Shown here piece after piece: positions 1-11,640 of a stretch of 64,000 nucleotides of DNA. The DNA comes from a virus (taxonomy: Duplodnaviria > Caudoviricetes), in the IMG/VR virus record IMGVR_UViG_3300033145_002422; one strand, written 5' to 3'. Every line of letters starts with the position of its first letter. Within the stretch, counting starts at the first letter, position 1. The position numbers and the translations under genes are program-made. The notes under the pieces are model-generated. The model saw only the letters and a list, made by a program, of their open reading frames with translations, did not search any database and was not told where the DNA came from.

Positions 1-1449
1 TTGGTTTCTGAAATTGTAGATAATTATAATAAAACGTATTCTCAGGTTTTGGGAAAAATAAGGTTTGCTTCGTTGGTTGATTTTAACGATCAGGTATATA
101 CCATATTTAATTTTGAAAAAGTTCTAAGTAGCCTAACTAGTTCTTTATTATCTAAATATGAGCTGGTTTCTAACTTGCCAGCGATACAATTATCTGCAAC
201 AACTGGAACTATGAATATATCAGATGGGGTAATTATATTTGGAAGCCCATTTAATAAATATGATATTTTAAGAATTACTATAGAAGGAACTTCTTTGAGC
301 AATATTGGAAGCAATACCCACACAGAAATTGACGATCATATAGATGGTATCAATTCTGGGTTGAGTATGTCATTAGCCGATGTTCATCAAAGTAATATAT
401 TAAAAATGGAAATGTTTTTTGATAGAGAAATAGAGGATTCTGCTACTGTTTCTAATAATGTATATAATACATATTATGTTTCTCCTATTTTGTCTTCTGA
501 AATTGATACTCTAAATTCCACTGTAGGATATACCGTAGAGAATGAAAATTCAGAAATTGCTTTTACAGTAAAATATCCAACTGCTGTAGAATATCTAGTA
601 AATGGAGGAGTGGTTGCAGTTGGTTACGATAAAGGAATCATATATGTAGATACCGTAAATTATTCATTATCTGCTGTCATTTTTAATGAATTTGGGGATG
701 ATGAATTTGTTAGAGATTTATATTACGATAATGAGAATGAAAATTCATATTTATTAACAAATAGAAATCTTTATATTAGTAGTGACGGTGGAGTTTCTTG
801 GAATAGGCAACAGAATGTAGGATTAGATACTCAATTGAGAAAAGTTACATTTATTAGAGATAATATTATTGTGGCTGCTGATGATGGAATATATTACAAG
901 AGTCCTTTGAATTCTGATTGGAAGAAGAGCTTAAATATCGAGAATACAAGTATTCTTCTTCCATCTACTGTTTTGTATGTGGTTGCAAATAATACTCTTT
1001 ATTATGGATATGACGGTATATCTTGGAGTAATGGTGGAAGTTTTGGAGATACACAAATTAATGAGATGGTCCCATACAGATGCGATATAGCCATGGCTAC
1101 AAGCAGCGGTTATAGACGGGGTTCAGGAACCATGTTCGGGAATGTTGCTCAAGCTTCTATGGTTGATTTATTAAGCGATGTTTCACAATCTGAATCTTTG
1201 GAATTCAATGATCTTGATGCTGATAATCACAGCCCCGCATCGACATCTTCAGAATTAACGCTTGGAGCTAATGATGGAACGTATTGGATTATAAATGGAA
1301 ATTCTTACACTCAGTATACAGATTCAGAGTTAACCTGTATACATAAAGTTTTATATGTTGGTACTGATGCGTGGTTGTTTGGTTTTGATAATTTAAAGTT
1401 ACCAGGAGTCGTTGATCCGATAAAGTTAAGTATAGGAATGGCATTTTAA
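1..1449 (+). CDS. Putative virion/structural protein with BNR/Asp-box beta-propeller (5' end outside window)
   Basis: Open from window edge; Asp-box-like SSDGGVSW and GYDGISW motifs; N/S/D/Y-rich; next to other large beta-rich genes. Confidence 0.5.
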   Translation: MVSEIVDNYNKTYSQVLGKIRFASLVDFNDQVYTIFNFEKVLSSLTSSLLSKYELVSNLPAIQLSATTGTMNISDGVIIFGSPFNKYDILRITIEGTSLSNIGSNTHTEIDDHIDGINSGLSMSLADVHQSNILKMEMFFDREIEDSATVSNNVYNTYYVSPILSSEIDTLNSTVGYTVENENSEIAFTVKYPTAVEYLVNGGVVAVGYDKGIIYVDTVNYSLSAVIFNEFGDDEFVRDLYYDNENENSYLLTNRNLYISSDGGVSWNRQQNVGLDTQLRKVTFIRDNIIVAADDGIYYKSPLNSDWKKSLNIENTSILLPSTVLYVVANNTLYYGYDGISWSNGGSFGDTQINEMVPYRCDIAMATSSGYRRGSGTMFGNVAQASMVDLLSDVSQSESLEFNDLDADNHSPASTSSELTLGANDGTYWIINGNSYTQYTDSELTCIHKVLYVGTDAWLFGFDNLKLPGVVDPIKLSIGMAF

Positions 1450-1450
1450 T

Positions 1451-2299
1451 ATGGGATATTTAAAAACAAAATTAGCGCAGGTTTTTCCGGTGTATAATAA
1501 TTTTACGCCTTCTAAGGCATCTGTTCATTTGAAAACTTCTCTTCATGCAAATGAAACGTTTTTTTCATATAAGGGAGTTGATATAGTAATTGATGCTACT
1601 AATTTTTCAGAATTAAGTCAGGGTGGTTATAAGATGATATTTGGAGATTCATATATAGAATATACAGGAAAAGGATATATGGAAGTTTCTAACATATCTA
1701 CAGGTACTTATTCTATTATAAGTTTTCCAGTAAAAGTAGATGTTACTGATACCTATTATTTTTATTTGAGAGTCAGAAATCCAGGCGTAGGATTAACCAT
1801 AGATGCATATTTAGATGGTGAAGTTTATTCTAGTCAAAATTATCCTGCTGTTGGTGCAGCATGGGATTGGGTCAGGGTGGATTTTGATCTGGACGCAGAC
1901 ACGGAATATAAAATAGGATTTAAATTGAAAGATTCTGGAGCAATGGTTGATAAAATTGTCATGACGAATACTATAGGAGTCCTTGTCGGTTCAGGACCGT
2001 CGTATTCTGAAAGTCCATATTTGACCATTCATATGAGATTATTTTCAGTAGATTCAGATACTTTGCCAAAAACTCAATATTTTGTTTATGATTATAAAAC
2101 AACAATATCAGAGGTTGTTCAAGATGGATGGTATAATTTTAATATAAGCTTTTTGCATGATGATGGAGTCCAGCCGTATACAGATTTGTGCGCTATCGTC
2201 TTATCTACTACTGGTTCCAGTAATACTAATTTTATGTTTTGGGATTTAACGGATTCTACGGAATATTCATTAGAACCCTCTTTATATTTTGAAGGGTAA
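1451..2299 (+). CDS. Putative virion protein with carbohydrate-binding (CBM6/CBM35-like) beta-sandwich
   Basis: YYFYLRVR...WDWV...LKDSGAMVDKIVMT resembles galactose-binding-like jelly-roll modules. Confidence 0.45.
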   Translation: MGYLKTKLAQVFPVYNNFTPSKASVHLKTSLHANETFFSYKGVDIVIDATNFSELSQGGYKMIFGDSYIEYTGKGYMEVSNISTGTYSIISFPVKVDVTDTYYFYLRVRNPGVGLTIDAYLDGEVYSSQNYPAVGAAWDWVRVDFDLDADTEYKIGFKLKDSGAMVDKIVMTNTIGVLVGSGPSYSESPYLTIHMRLFSVDSDTLPKTQYFVYDYKTTISEVVQDGWYNFNISFLHDDGVQPYTDLCAIVLSTTGSSNTNFMFWDLTDSTEYSLEPSLYFEG

Positions 2300-2304
2300 T
2301 AAAT

Positions 2305-5300
2305 ATGTGGAAAATAAATTATTTTAAAAAACATTCGTATTTAATATCAAGTGATAGTCAGTTAGCTAATGAATATACTGGTGGAGTAGTTGTCCCTCCA
2401 GGAGTTCAATCTTCAGTAGAAATTAACAATTTTTCTTCTAGTAATTCTGATTTGTATAATACTTCAATTATTAATGATGATAAAGGCGGTCATGATATAT
2501 CTCTTAGTCTTTCTGACAAGATAGTTAGTATCATTATAGATAAAAGCGGTAGTATGAGTTGGGCTGATATTGATAATTTTAGATATGAATTAGTGAGGAG
2601 ATTTGTACACAGGGTTGCTGCAACATACCCAGGCGATATAAGTTTTAATTTATTTAAGTTTTGTGGAAAACAAGTTGGAATGTTATTTTCAGCTTCGTTA
2701 GATAGTAATAATTTATTTGATCCTACTAGCGGTCTTCAAGATTGTTTTAATAAAGATATATTTTTTGATTATGCGAATAATTTATATGGAGTTAGAGTTG
2801 TAAGAAATGAAAATGGCTGGCCATCTAGCCCTATAGATGGAGAATTGGTTTTTGACGGGAATGCATCAAGTATTATAGATAGTGGTCTCACAGCGGATAA
2901 AATTTATTATTATACATTATTTACATTTGATGAAAACTATAATTTTAGCGATGGGATAAATATAAAAGCCGCTTCAAGAAATAAGATAATTCCAAAAGGT
3001 ATAAAGACATTTTCTTCTAGCGTCTTAAAAGGAACTGGAGTTGTTTTAGATGATTTTGTGGATGGTTCATGGCATTTTGATGAAGGGGAAGGAAACGTAA
3101 TTTATGACTTTACAAGTCGTGGTGACTTTAGTTTTGATGAAGCTAATGCTCCTATTTGGCTTAATAAAATAGATGTTCCAGTTGGCGTTTCTGGGTTAAG
3201 GATGAATGGGACGGAACGTGTTACGACGGGATTAACTAATAGTTTTGTTCTCAATAATAAGAAAACTATTATGATGTGGATTTATCCTTTTGAAACAGGA
3301 ACATCTAATAGGGTTTTGATAGCTAGGAGAAATGGATTAGCAGATCTTAATTATGTATTATATATTAATGTTAACAATGGTCTCTCTTTTTCAAATAATG
3401 TGCTTTCAACAGTTTCTTCTAATAATAATGTTATTAATGTAAATGAATGGAATTTTGTAACATGTACTGTTAATATTATAACTGGAGATGTAAATTTTTA
3501 CGTTAATAGAACAAACGTAGGAACTGCTGTATTGCCAAGTTTAGCTACGAATGTTGATCAGCTATATTTAGAAGTAGGTTATGATAGTTCTGGTATTTTA
3601 GAAGGATTTTTTGGACAAATAACAGAGTTAAGTATACACGATACAATTAGATCTCAGTCTTATATTTCTTCTTATTCTATACCTAGTATAAGAAGCGATG
3701 ATGATAATGGAGACAGACTGGTTGTATTGAAATACTCTGTTCCTAACAATCTAGTTTTATTACCAGATAGAATAAGTATTGTGAAAAAATATAATAATGC
3801 TCCTTATTATGAAGAAGATGGAGATATATTTTATGATGTTCCGGCTTCTGTAGGAAATTATTATACGACAGATCAGGATAATTTTGTTGTTGGTTCTACT
3901 GTAAATTACAGAATATTTTCATATAATTCAATTAATAATTATAGTTATATTGATGATTCTGAAAATTTGAATGTATTAATTGATGGAATGTCAGAAGAGG
4001 CAAGGCAACATGTTGAGGCAATATCTTCTTCGTTGCCATATCCATTGAACACATCTGTTCAAAGCGGAAATGCAAAAAATTATGTTAAATGGAGTATGAG
4101 TTCTTATGATTACAGAATAAAGAGAACAAGGATATATGTTTCAAATATTTCATATCCCATAGTTTCTGATAATAGTTTTGAAGATGGTATATCTGGTTCA
4201 GAATTAATATATGATGAGGATGATGTAACTGTAAATGGTTTTGTTCATAGAAATTTGGTTAATGGAAATGTTTATTATTATTCTATAGTTTCTGTTGATA
4301 AATATAATAGGGTATCTCAAGTTGCTAATGCTGCTGGAACTCCAGATGCTAATGTTTCTGATATAGGTATTCCTTTATTAGATTTGCCAAGTGCTAATTA
4401 TGAAATCATAGATAACGATTCTTTAAAAATAAGTTGGGAATATCCTCAAAATTATAATGTGATTAAGGGATATTTGGATGATGATGTAGTGTTGTTTGCA
4501 AAAATGATAGACCAATCCGGCAATACGGTGGAATATAATGATATCGAGGTTTCAGCGGATATCCATCCAGAATATGAACTGGATGAAAATATATCAGAAG
4601 ATATATTTATCGGAGAAACTTCTTTTACTCCTGAGGATATAAATTCATCTTATAATTTTACTATTTATGAAGAAGACGGTTTGGTTAAGGGATTCCTTAA
4701 TATCAAAAATCCTACTAGTAATAATATAGTATTTAAAAATATAAAAAAATTAATATTTACAATATATATAAAAATAGCTATTCCAAATAAATCTAGTTTG
4801 AAAGATTCAAATGGAAAATATACTGCTCATTTTTTTGAATATACTTCTAAACCAGTTATTGTTGAATTGGTTAATCCATTTTATGTAGAGATAAAAAATA
4901 GAGATCATAAGAAGGTAGAAGTAAAAACAAATGGAGTAGTTACTGCTTTAAATAACGGCATAGTTGCACAAAAGTATTTATATGATGGAACATATATAAG
5001 ATCATCAAATCAATTTGTAGTAAGAGTTAAAATGAGTTATAGAGAACAGATTTTACTAGGATTGAATAAGGTTTATGTTGTTGCTTATAACTCAAATAAA
5101 GATTTAAAAGATTTTAACTCTGTTCCGCAAAAAACAACAATAAATAATGATATCGTTTTGAAAAATAATGGAGTATATGAAGTTTTAAAAACTACTGAAG
5201 AAGTTTTAGATGATAACGGAAATTCAACTGATGTTTTTGAAGAGATATCTTATGTTGATATTAGTATATCTCCTCCGTTATTCGCACAAAATATTATTTT

Positions 5301-8300
5301 GTATATTAAAGCGGAAAATAATGGGTATTGTTTTGTTAAAAATATATTTATAGTTTTCGATGATATATTAAAGATAGAAATTAATCCAAAAGTTCCTTTT
5401 GCAAATGGTTTAGATACGATGGAACAAACAGCATTAGTCTACTTACTTGATCCGGATGATCCGTATAATAAATCAAAGAGATTGTATCCTCCGCAAACTA
5501 CGGTAGTTAAATGGGAAATTAATAAAATTGTAGGAGAAGTAGATAGGGCTTTATATTATTCTGGTTATAATCAGCCACCATTAACTAATGGTGTTTACAC
5601 ATATTTATTATCAGGAATATCTAATCAAGTTTATCTTGGTCCTATTTCTAATGCTATTTTATACGGATTTGATTCTTCTGGGAACGTTCAATATGAAACA
5701 CACGAATTAAAAGCTAGTGTATTTTATAATAATATTCAGGCTGTAGATACTCAAACAATTAGTATACTTCCGTTATCTATGAGTGGGCATACTTCTGTTA
5801 GATCGAATTTCTTAATGGAATTTGAAGATATTAAGAAAATATTCTGGGCAGATGGAAGAAATTATGCCAGAATGACGATTACTCATGATCCATCCACTTC
5901 TTCAACAAAGTACTCTTCTTGTTTTAGAAGCTGTATGACAGAATTAGATAAGACAATATATCCGTTGCAGAATGGTCAATTGGTAAGTATAAGAGCGAGC
6001 GATCAAGATACGGAAATTATTTATGGGGATGTTAGGGAATATGTTGACCCATATACTGGCGAATGGCTTTTGGATATAAAAAATGCTTATCTTGGAAACG
6101 GTCATATATATGCACCTTTGTCGGACGATACTATAACTTATATATATTTTAGAATAAATAAGTTATATGACGAACAAAGGTCTGTTGGCTTTGAAGTATC
6201 TGCAAATAATTGTTCTTGTCTAAATGGCCAGGAATTTATAAAATATGATAGTGAAATAACCATATATGGAGAAATAGTATCTCTAGTTGATGATGATGTA
6301 GTCTCTATGTCTGGTGGAGGAGGAATTAATGACGGAATCCTTCCAACAATTATTATACCAAGGGAACCTTTGAATGTTTCTGTAGTTGGTAAAAAATCTA
6401 ATGGTGTAGCAGTAGATTCGATTGTCGTAGATGGAAAAAATGAAAATGATATTATTTTAGATATATCTTTATCTAATGTTCCTGTTCCTAATGATACAAA
6501 AATATCTGTTTCTATTATCAATTATAATGAACAGTATGCTATTAAAACCACGGCAAGTGAATATTATACAGAAATTTCTACGGATGATGATGTTAATCCG
6601 AATGCGATAAGATCTTATGCTACAATGGTTTTGGAACCGCTACAACCGAATACGACAGTTGAAGGAGATATTGTCTTATCTGTTTCATATGATAGGACAG
6701 GAACAATAACTAGAAATAGAACTTTTTGTTTTTCTATATCTTATGATTCCGAAGATGCTCAAGAATTTTCTGGTAATCAGGCACCAACAATATTTAGTGG
6801 GGATGTAGAGAGGACACCTTTGGCAATTATAGATTGGGATGATTCGGTGGCTTCGATGACATACCCAAGAGGTCATTTGTGTGTTGAACCTGTAAATGAT
6901 ATTATCTATGCTATAGGAGGAGTAAATGCTTCTGAAATAACTAATGTTGTTGAATCATATAATCCAACAACAAATTCATGGACGGAGCAACATTCTATGC
7001 CTACTGCTAGAATGAATTCAATGTCAGTGGTTGTTGGTAATGATATATATATTATTGGCGGGATTGTATATGATCAATTGTCTAATTCGATGTCTATTAG
7101 CAGAAAATTGGAAAAATATGATACAGTCGGAAATCTTTGGGAAGAACTAGAAAATATGCCATTAATCACTTCTGGTTCGGAATCCCTTACTTATGGTATA
7201 GCTTATGGAGTGGCTAAATATATTAGCGGAAAAATATATGTACTTAGCGGAATTAGGGAAATTTCTTATGATGGACTTTCATCAATCTATAATAATAGAA
7301 TATTATCTTATGATGTAGCGGCAGATAGTTGGTCATATACAGATATTGTTGAAGATATGGAGTTTTATGAATATTATAGGATATCTCCAGAAGCTTTTAT
7401 TGATGGAAATGAAATTATTATTTTTGGAGGAATTTCACAGATAGATGGAATAGAGATGAAAAGATTAACAGATAGTTATTCTTATGATGTTTCCACTTCT
7501 TCTATGCAAGAATGCCATGGAAGATTTGATAATATACCGCAACTTAGGTATGGGTCATCGATTTCTACAATTGGTGTAAATCATTTTGTTATTGGTGGAA
7601 GTTCCAATTATACAAATAATTCAAGAACTGTTGAAAAAATTAATGATACTCTGGCAATCGTTAATCCTATTTATGCTGTTACAAAATTATCTAATTTGGG
7701 ATTTGGCAGAAACGGCTCAGGAACAGCTATTATTAATATAGATGGAAATGAATATTTATTTGTTGTTGGAGGAATTGTAAGTGGAAAGAGTCCTTATTTC
7801 TTGAGAATAAAAACGGAATCTTCTCCATCAACTATGATTTTGAATGGAAAACAATATGTAGAGGCGAAAATAACATTAGAAGATGATAATGGAGAAAATC
7901 CTTCTGGTAATATACCAATACTATTAAATGGTTATCTCCAATACTCTACTGCTTTATCTTCTCAACAACATATGATAGATAAAAATCTTTTAAAATATCC
8001 TGTTAAGTTTGATAATACTACTATACAATCTGCTGACGGAAGTGGGATAGCGATACTTATGCCACGTTCAGATGATTGGATGGATAAGATATCGGAAACA
8101 GGAATAATTAATGGAGAGGATGGAACGATAAGGTATAAGATTGCCGTACAATCTACTATTGATCCGAAGGAAACTTATCATGGAAGAACATTTATTAATG
8201 TATATGATGGAGTTCTGCAAAATATTACTTTACCTACTGTTTGTGTTTCGTTACATTCTAATTGCGTTATAGATGCGTTAAATGGTGTATTTTCGGACGA

Positions 8301-9681
8301 AAATGGCATTGACATGCTCACTCCATTTTTAAGACAGAATCCAGTAGAATTGTTTAATTGTTATATTGATAAAATGTGGATTCCAAATATAGAAAATTTA
8401 AGTGGAGATTCTTCAATAACTTCTTCAAGAGTAGAGGTCATTATCGATGATTTGTATGATGAATTTGCAGTTGGATGTTCTCCATTGTATGATGCTATAG
8501 GTGAATCAGCTAAGTTTTTATCAGGTACTGATTATGACCAAATTGATAAATCATTATATATTTTTACAGATTCTGAATCCAATTGTTCATTTATAACAAT
8601 AGATGATGCAGTATCATCTATTAAGTCTATTAATTTAAAAAAAATTCCAAGAGTTATTATTTCTAATATGGATGTTAACAATCCATATTTACAAGCATAT
8701 AATTTAAACGGTATTAATTCTACTGAATTAAATTATATTGCTGCGCAAACTGGTGGAAAAAGTTATTCATCAGTTTCTGAGTTAATAGAAAATGACATTG
8801 TAAAAATGTTAGTTGGTGTTTTAACTGGTTCTGTTGGTTATGGAAGGGCTATATATATAGTGGATTTAGGAGAAGAATATATAATAGATTCTTCTAGGGT
8901 TTTCTTCGACCTTCCTACTAATACAAATGGGTTTTGGTCAGTTTCTGGAAGTATCGATGGATATAATTATAATTCTGTGAGTGAAAAGTTTCAGGCAAAT
9001 TACGAGGCGGCATTTGATTCTTTATATGCTAGATATTTGAAATTTGATATGGAATTAATGAGTGGTTTAAGCGAATCTAATGAAATGGTGTATGAGGATA
9101 CTCCTGTAGCCAATGCTCCTGCTATATTAGAAATTGATATCACTAGAACAAAACCAAATATAGATTATATATATACAAAAAATCATCAATTGAGTATAGA
9201 GCCTAGACAATTTGTTGTAACTTTAGATGCGGATAATAAATGGACAGAAAATGTGAAAATTGATGTTGGTGTAACTACATCTGATTCATATCATTGGGAT
9301 GATTTTGACAACTCTTCTAAGATAGCCAGGGAAAATGGAGGAAAAATTATTGTTCCTTTGAGAAGAGAAAATATAGGTATTGACAGGGTTGAACCGTTAA
9401 TTAATGTAGATGGATTTATGTTTAAAGCAATCTATGGATCTTGGTCACAAGATTCGACAGTTAAAGTCTATGATGAAAACAATAATAAAGTAGGTTCTGA
9501 ACGATACGAGGCATATCCAAGATTAGGATATATTGTATTTTTAACAAAAAGAAATGAAAATTATTTAATAAAAATAACAAATCCGAATGTCGCTACTATA
9601 GGTTCAAGGATATTAAATGCTAGCGATAAAGCAATAAATATTTATGGCTTGGGCTATATATATTCTCAAACTGTTAAATAA
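2305..9681 (+). CDS. 2458-aa multidomain virion/adhesin-like protein: interrupted vWA, FN3-like repeats, LamG, Kelch propeller
   Basis: MIDAS DKSGS at aa 79; LamG (GSWHFDEGEG...WIYP...NEWNFVT...FFGQITELSI); Kelch repeats (IYAIGG...VESYNPTTNSW, IYIIGG); C-terminal vWA half SPLYDAI...IFTD...IAAQTGG. Confidence 0.7.
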   Translation: MWKINYFKKHSYLISSDSQLANEYTGGVVVPPGVQSSVEINNFSSSNSDLYNTSIINDDKGGHDISLSLSDKIVSIIIDKSGSMSWADIDNFRYELVRRFVHRVAATYPGDISFNLFKFCGKQVGMLFSASLDSNNLFDPTSGLQDCFNKDIFFDYANNLYGVRVVRNENGWPSSPIDGELVFDGNASSIIDSGLTADKIYYYTLFTFDENYNFSDGINIKAASRNKIIPKGIKTFSSSVLKGTGVVLDDFVDGSWHFDEGEGNVIYDFTSRGDFSFDEANAPIWLNKIDVPVGVSGLRMNGTERVTTGLTNSFVLNNKKTIMMWIYPFETGTSNRVLIARRNGLADLNYVLYINVNNGLSFSNNVLSTVSSNNNVINVNEWNFVTCTVNIITGDVNFYVNRTNVGTAVLPSLATNVDQLYLEVGYDSSGILEGFFGQITELSIHDTIRSQSYISSYSIPSIRSDDDNGDRLVVLKYSVPNNLVLLPDRISIVKKYNNAPYYEEDGDIFYDVPASVGNYYTTDQDNFVVGSTVNYRIFSYNSINNYSYIDDSENLNVLIDGMSEEARQHVEAISSSLPYPLNTSVQSGNAKNYVKWSMSSYDYRIKRTRIYVSNISYPIVSDNSFEDGISGSELIYDEDDVTVNGFVHRNLVNGNVYYYSIVSVDKYNRVSQVANAAGTPDANVSDIGIPLLDLPSANYEIIDNDSLKISWEYPQNYNVIKGYLDDDVVLFAKMIDQSGNTVEYNDIEVSADIHPEYELDENISEDIFIGETSFTPEDINSSYNFTIYEEDGLVKGFLNIKNPTSNNIVFKNIKKLIFTIYIKIAIPNKSSLKDSNGKYTAHFFEYTSKPVIVELVNPFYVEIKNRDHKKVEVKTNGVVTALNNGIVAQKYLYDGTYIRSSNQFVVRVKMSYREQILLGLNKVYVVAYNSNKDLKDFNSVPQKTTINNDIVLKNNGVYEVLKTTEEVLDDNGNSTDVFEEISYVDISISPPLFAQNIILYIKAENNGYCFVKNIFIVFDDILKIEINPKVPFANGLDTMEQTALVYLLDPDDPYNKSKRLYPPQTTVVKWEINKIVGEVDRALYYSGYNQPPLTNGVYTYLLSGISNQVYLGPISNAILYGFDSSGNVQYETHELKASVFYNNIQAVDTQTISILPLSMSGHTSVRSNFLMEFEDIKKIFWADGRNYARMTITHDPSTSSTKYSSCFRSCMTELDKTIYPLQNGQLVSIRASDQDTEIIYGDVREYVDPYTGEWLLDIKNAYLGNGHIYAPLSDDTITYIYFRINKLYDEQRSVGFEVSANNCSCLNGQEFIKYDSEITIYGEIVSLVDDDVVSMSGGGGINDGILPTIIIPREPLNVSVVGKKSNGVAVDSIVVDGKNENDIILDISLSNVPVPNDTKISVSIINYNEQYAIKTTASEYYTEISTDDDVNPNAIRSYATMVLEPLQPNTTVEGDIVLSVSYDRTGTITRNRTFCFSISYDSEDAQEFSGNQAPTIFSGDVERTPLAIIDWDDSVASMTYPRGHLCVEPVNDIIYAIGGVNASEITNVVESYNPTTNSWTEQHSMPTARMNSMSVVVGNDIYIIGGIVYDQLSNSMSISRKLEKYDTVGNLWEELENMPLITSGSESLTYGIAYGVAKYISGKIYVLSGIREISYDGLSSIYNNRILSYDVAADSWSYTDIVEDMEFYEYYRISPEAFIDGNEIIIFGGISQIDGIEMKRLTDSYSYDVSTSSMQECHGRFDNIPQLRYGSSISTIGVNHFVIGGSSNYTNNSRTVEKINDTLAIVNPIYAVTKLSNLGFGRNGSGTAIINIDGNEYLFVVGGIVSGKSPYFLRIKTESSPSTMILNGKQYVEAKITLEDDNGENPSGNIPILLNGYLQYSTALSSQQHMIDKNLLKYPVKFDNTTIQSADGSGIAILMPRSDDWMDKISETGIINGEDGTIRYKIAVQSTIDPKETYHGRTFINVYDGVLQNITLPTVCVSLHSNCVIDALNGVFSDENGIDMLTPFLRQNPVELFNCYIDKMWIPNIENLSGDSSITSSRVEVIIDDLYDEFAVGCSPLYDAIGESAKFLSGTDYDQIDKSLYIFTDSESNCSFITIDDAVSSIKSINLKKIPRVIISNMDVNNPYLQAYNLNGINSTELNYIAAQTGGKSYSSVSELIENDIVKMLVGVLTGSVGYGRAIYIVDLGEEYIIDSSRVFFDLPTNTNGFWSVSGSIDGYNYNSVSEKFQANYEAAFDSLYARYLKFDMELMSGLSESNEMVYEDTPVANAPAILEIDITRTKPNIDYIYTKNHQLSIEPRQFVVTLDADNKWTENVKIDVGVTTSDSYHWDDFDNSSKIARENGGKIIVPLRRENIGIDRVEPLINVDGFMFKAIYGSWSQDSTVKVYDENNNKVGSERYEAYPRLGYIVFLTKRNENYLIKITNPNVATIGSRILNASDKAINIYGLGYIYSQTVK

Positions 9682-9712
9682 AGTGCTGCAAAAAACCGAT
9701 ATAATATTCATT

Positions 9713-10501
9713 ATGGAGCCATACTACAAATTAAAAGTTATTAAAAAATCTTATAAAATAAGACCAGTAGATATTATCGTTTTATCTAATAACGGGTTAT
9801 CTACAACAAAGGAATTTTTGGATTTTCTTTATACGAATACAGATTCCGAAGATTTTAGACTTATTTTTATAGACAATGGTTCAATTGATGGTACTGTTGA
9901 TTTTTTGAAAACATTTTTTAAAGATTTAAAAGATGTCATTTTTATATCTTCAGAAACTAATTTAGGAGTTATAGATGGTAGAAATGTAGGATACTATTTT
10001 TCTACTTGTACTTCTAGAGAAAAATCAAAATATATAATTCATTTAGATAATGACCAATTTGTAGCAGATGGTTGGTTAGATCACCATTTAAGTGTTTTAA
10101 ATAGCGGTTATGATGTAGTAGGTGCTGAAGCTTGGAAAATGAATAAAATGTTTATTCCCACTGATAAAATTGAATCATTAAATAAAGATTTTAATTATGT
10201 TGGATGCGGAGGAATGCTTATAAAGAGAGAAGTTACTAAAAAAATAGGAATGTTTGATTGCGCTTTTAACCCTTCTTATTTTGAAGATCCAGATTTTTGT
10301 TTTAGAGCATTTGATGCTGGATTTAAAATTGGATGGAATTTAAAATCTAAAATAGTTCATATGCCTCATAGAACACTTGGTAATTTAAGTCAAGAAGAAA
10401 AAACAAAAAGGTTTACTAAGAGTTGGGATGCATTTAGAAAAAAATGGGGGACCAGACGATTGCCAGTTTTTAGACAAGAAGATTTAAAAGAGTTTCATTA
10501 A
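9713..10501 (+). CDS. Glycosyltransferase family 2
   Basis: IDNGSIDGT, HLDND (DXD), FEDPDFCFR; start placed at ATG 9713 after upstream stop. Confidence 0.85.
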   Translation: MEPYYKLKVIKKSYKIRPVDIIVLSNNGLSTTKEFLDFLYTNTDSEDFRLIFIDNGSIDGTVDFLKTFFKDLKDVIFISSETNLGVIDGRNVGYYFSTCTSREKSKYIIHLDNDQFVADGWLDHHLSVLNSGYDVVGAEAWKMNKMFIPTDKIESLNKDFNYVGCGGMLIKREVTKKIGMFDCAFNPSYFEDPDFCFRAFDAGFKIGWNLKSKIVHMPHRTLGNLSQEEKTKRFTKSWDAFRKKWGTRRLPVFRQEDLKEFH

Positions 10502-10506
10502 ATAAA

Positions 10507-11640
10507 ATGAAAAAATTAGTTATAGGAGTCAATCATTCACATCCTGAATCTACAGGGGGTTCAGAGAGGGTTGTTCAGCAAATAGCTGAAGGGCTTTCTT
10601 CTTGTTTTGGATATGAATGTTTTATACTTTCTAATACAGCAAAGAATGAAAGAATTATAAATGGAGTAAAAATAATAAAATGTTCTATAGTTTTATCAGA
10701 TTTTTTAAATCAGTTAAATAGAATTGATCCAGATCATTTTTTTATTTATGGAGATTTGTTTTATCAATGGCCTTTGATTTTACAAAATGTAAAAAAAATG
10801 CCATTTAGTAAAAGTATAGCATTGGTTGGGATGAACGGTATGTTATCTAATAATTTTTTGTTTTCTCAATTTAAAAGAAATATAAATTATTTTTCTGTTA
10901 TTACTCATTCTGATAATTATCAGGATTTTATAGAATGTAGAAATAATTCTATTCCTGTTAATGTTGTACCGAATAGTATCAATTTGAAAGAATTTGATAT
11001 ACAAAATGATTTTAGAAAAAAATATAATGTGACTGAAAAAAATATTATACTCTGTGTCTCTAATTTTTTTCCAGGAAAAGGACAGGAGTTTTTAGTTCCT
11101 ATTTTTGAAAGATTGGAAAAGAAAAGAAAAGATTTTATTGTTGTTTTCGTAAGTTCTAATTGTTCATGGAATATTGTTGAAGCTAGAAGAAAGAGTATTA
11201 TGAGTAAAGTTAATTCTTCTAAATTTCGTTCTTTATTTCTTAATAATATTTCTAGAGAAGATGTTATATCTGCTTTTTTGTCTGCTGATGCATTTGTTTT
11301 TCCTTCTCAAAAGGAAGTCGCTCCTTTAGTTATTTTAGAATCTATGGCTTCGAGAACTCCATGGATTAGTATGCCAGTTGGAAATGTAAGGGAGTTAGAT
11401 GGAGGAATTATAATTGATTCAAATAAAAAAGAATTAGATGGTTCTCTACTTTATAGTAATGATATATATCAGTTATTTTGCGATGGTATTGATAAATTAT
11501 TATCTAATAGGAAGTTTAGAGAGTCTTTATCTTACGATGGTAGAAAACAAATAGAGGAAAAGTATGATTTTAGAGAAATTATTAAGGTATATAACAAAGT
11601 TTTTTCTGAAGCAATAGATCAATTTAATTTCTCTAGGTGA
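10507..11640 (+). CDS. Glycosyltransferase family 4 (GT-B)
   Basis: GGSERVV N-terminal motif; KGQE; FPSQKEVAPLVILESMAS (EX7E). Confidence 0.85.
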   Translation: MKKLVIGVNHSHPESTGGSERVVQQIAEGLSSCFGYECFILSNTAKNERIINGVKIIKCSIVLSDFLNQLNRIDPDHFFIYGDLFYQWPLILQNVKKMPFSKSIALVGMNGMLSNNFLFSQFKRNINYFSVITHSDNYQDFIECRNNSIPVNVVPNSINLKEFDIQNDFRKKYNVTEKNIILCVSNFFPGKGQEFLVPIFERLEKKRKDFIVVFVSSNCSWNIVEARRKSIMSKVNSSKFRSLFLNNISREDVISAFLSADAFVFPSQKEVAPLVILESMASRTPWISMPVGNVRELDGGIIIDSNKKELDGSLLYSNDIYQLFCDGIDKLLSNRKFRESLSYDGRKQIEEKYDFREIIKVYNKVFSEAIDQFNFSR

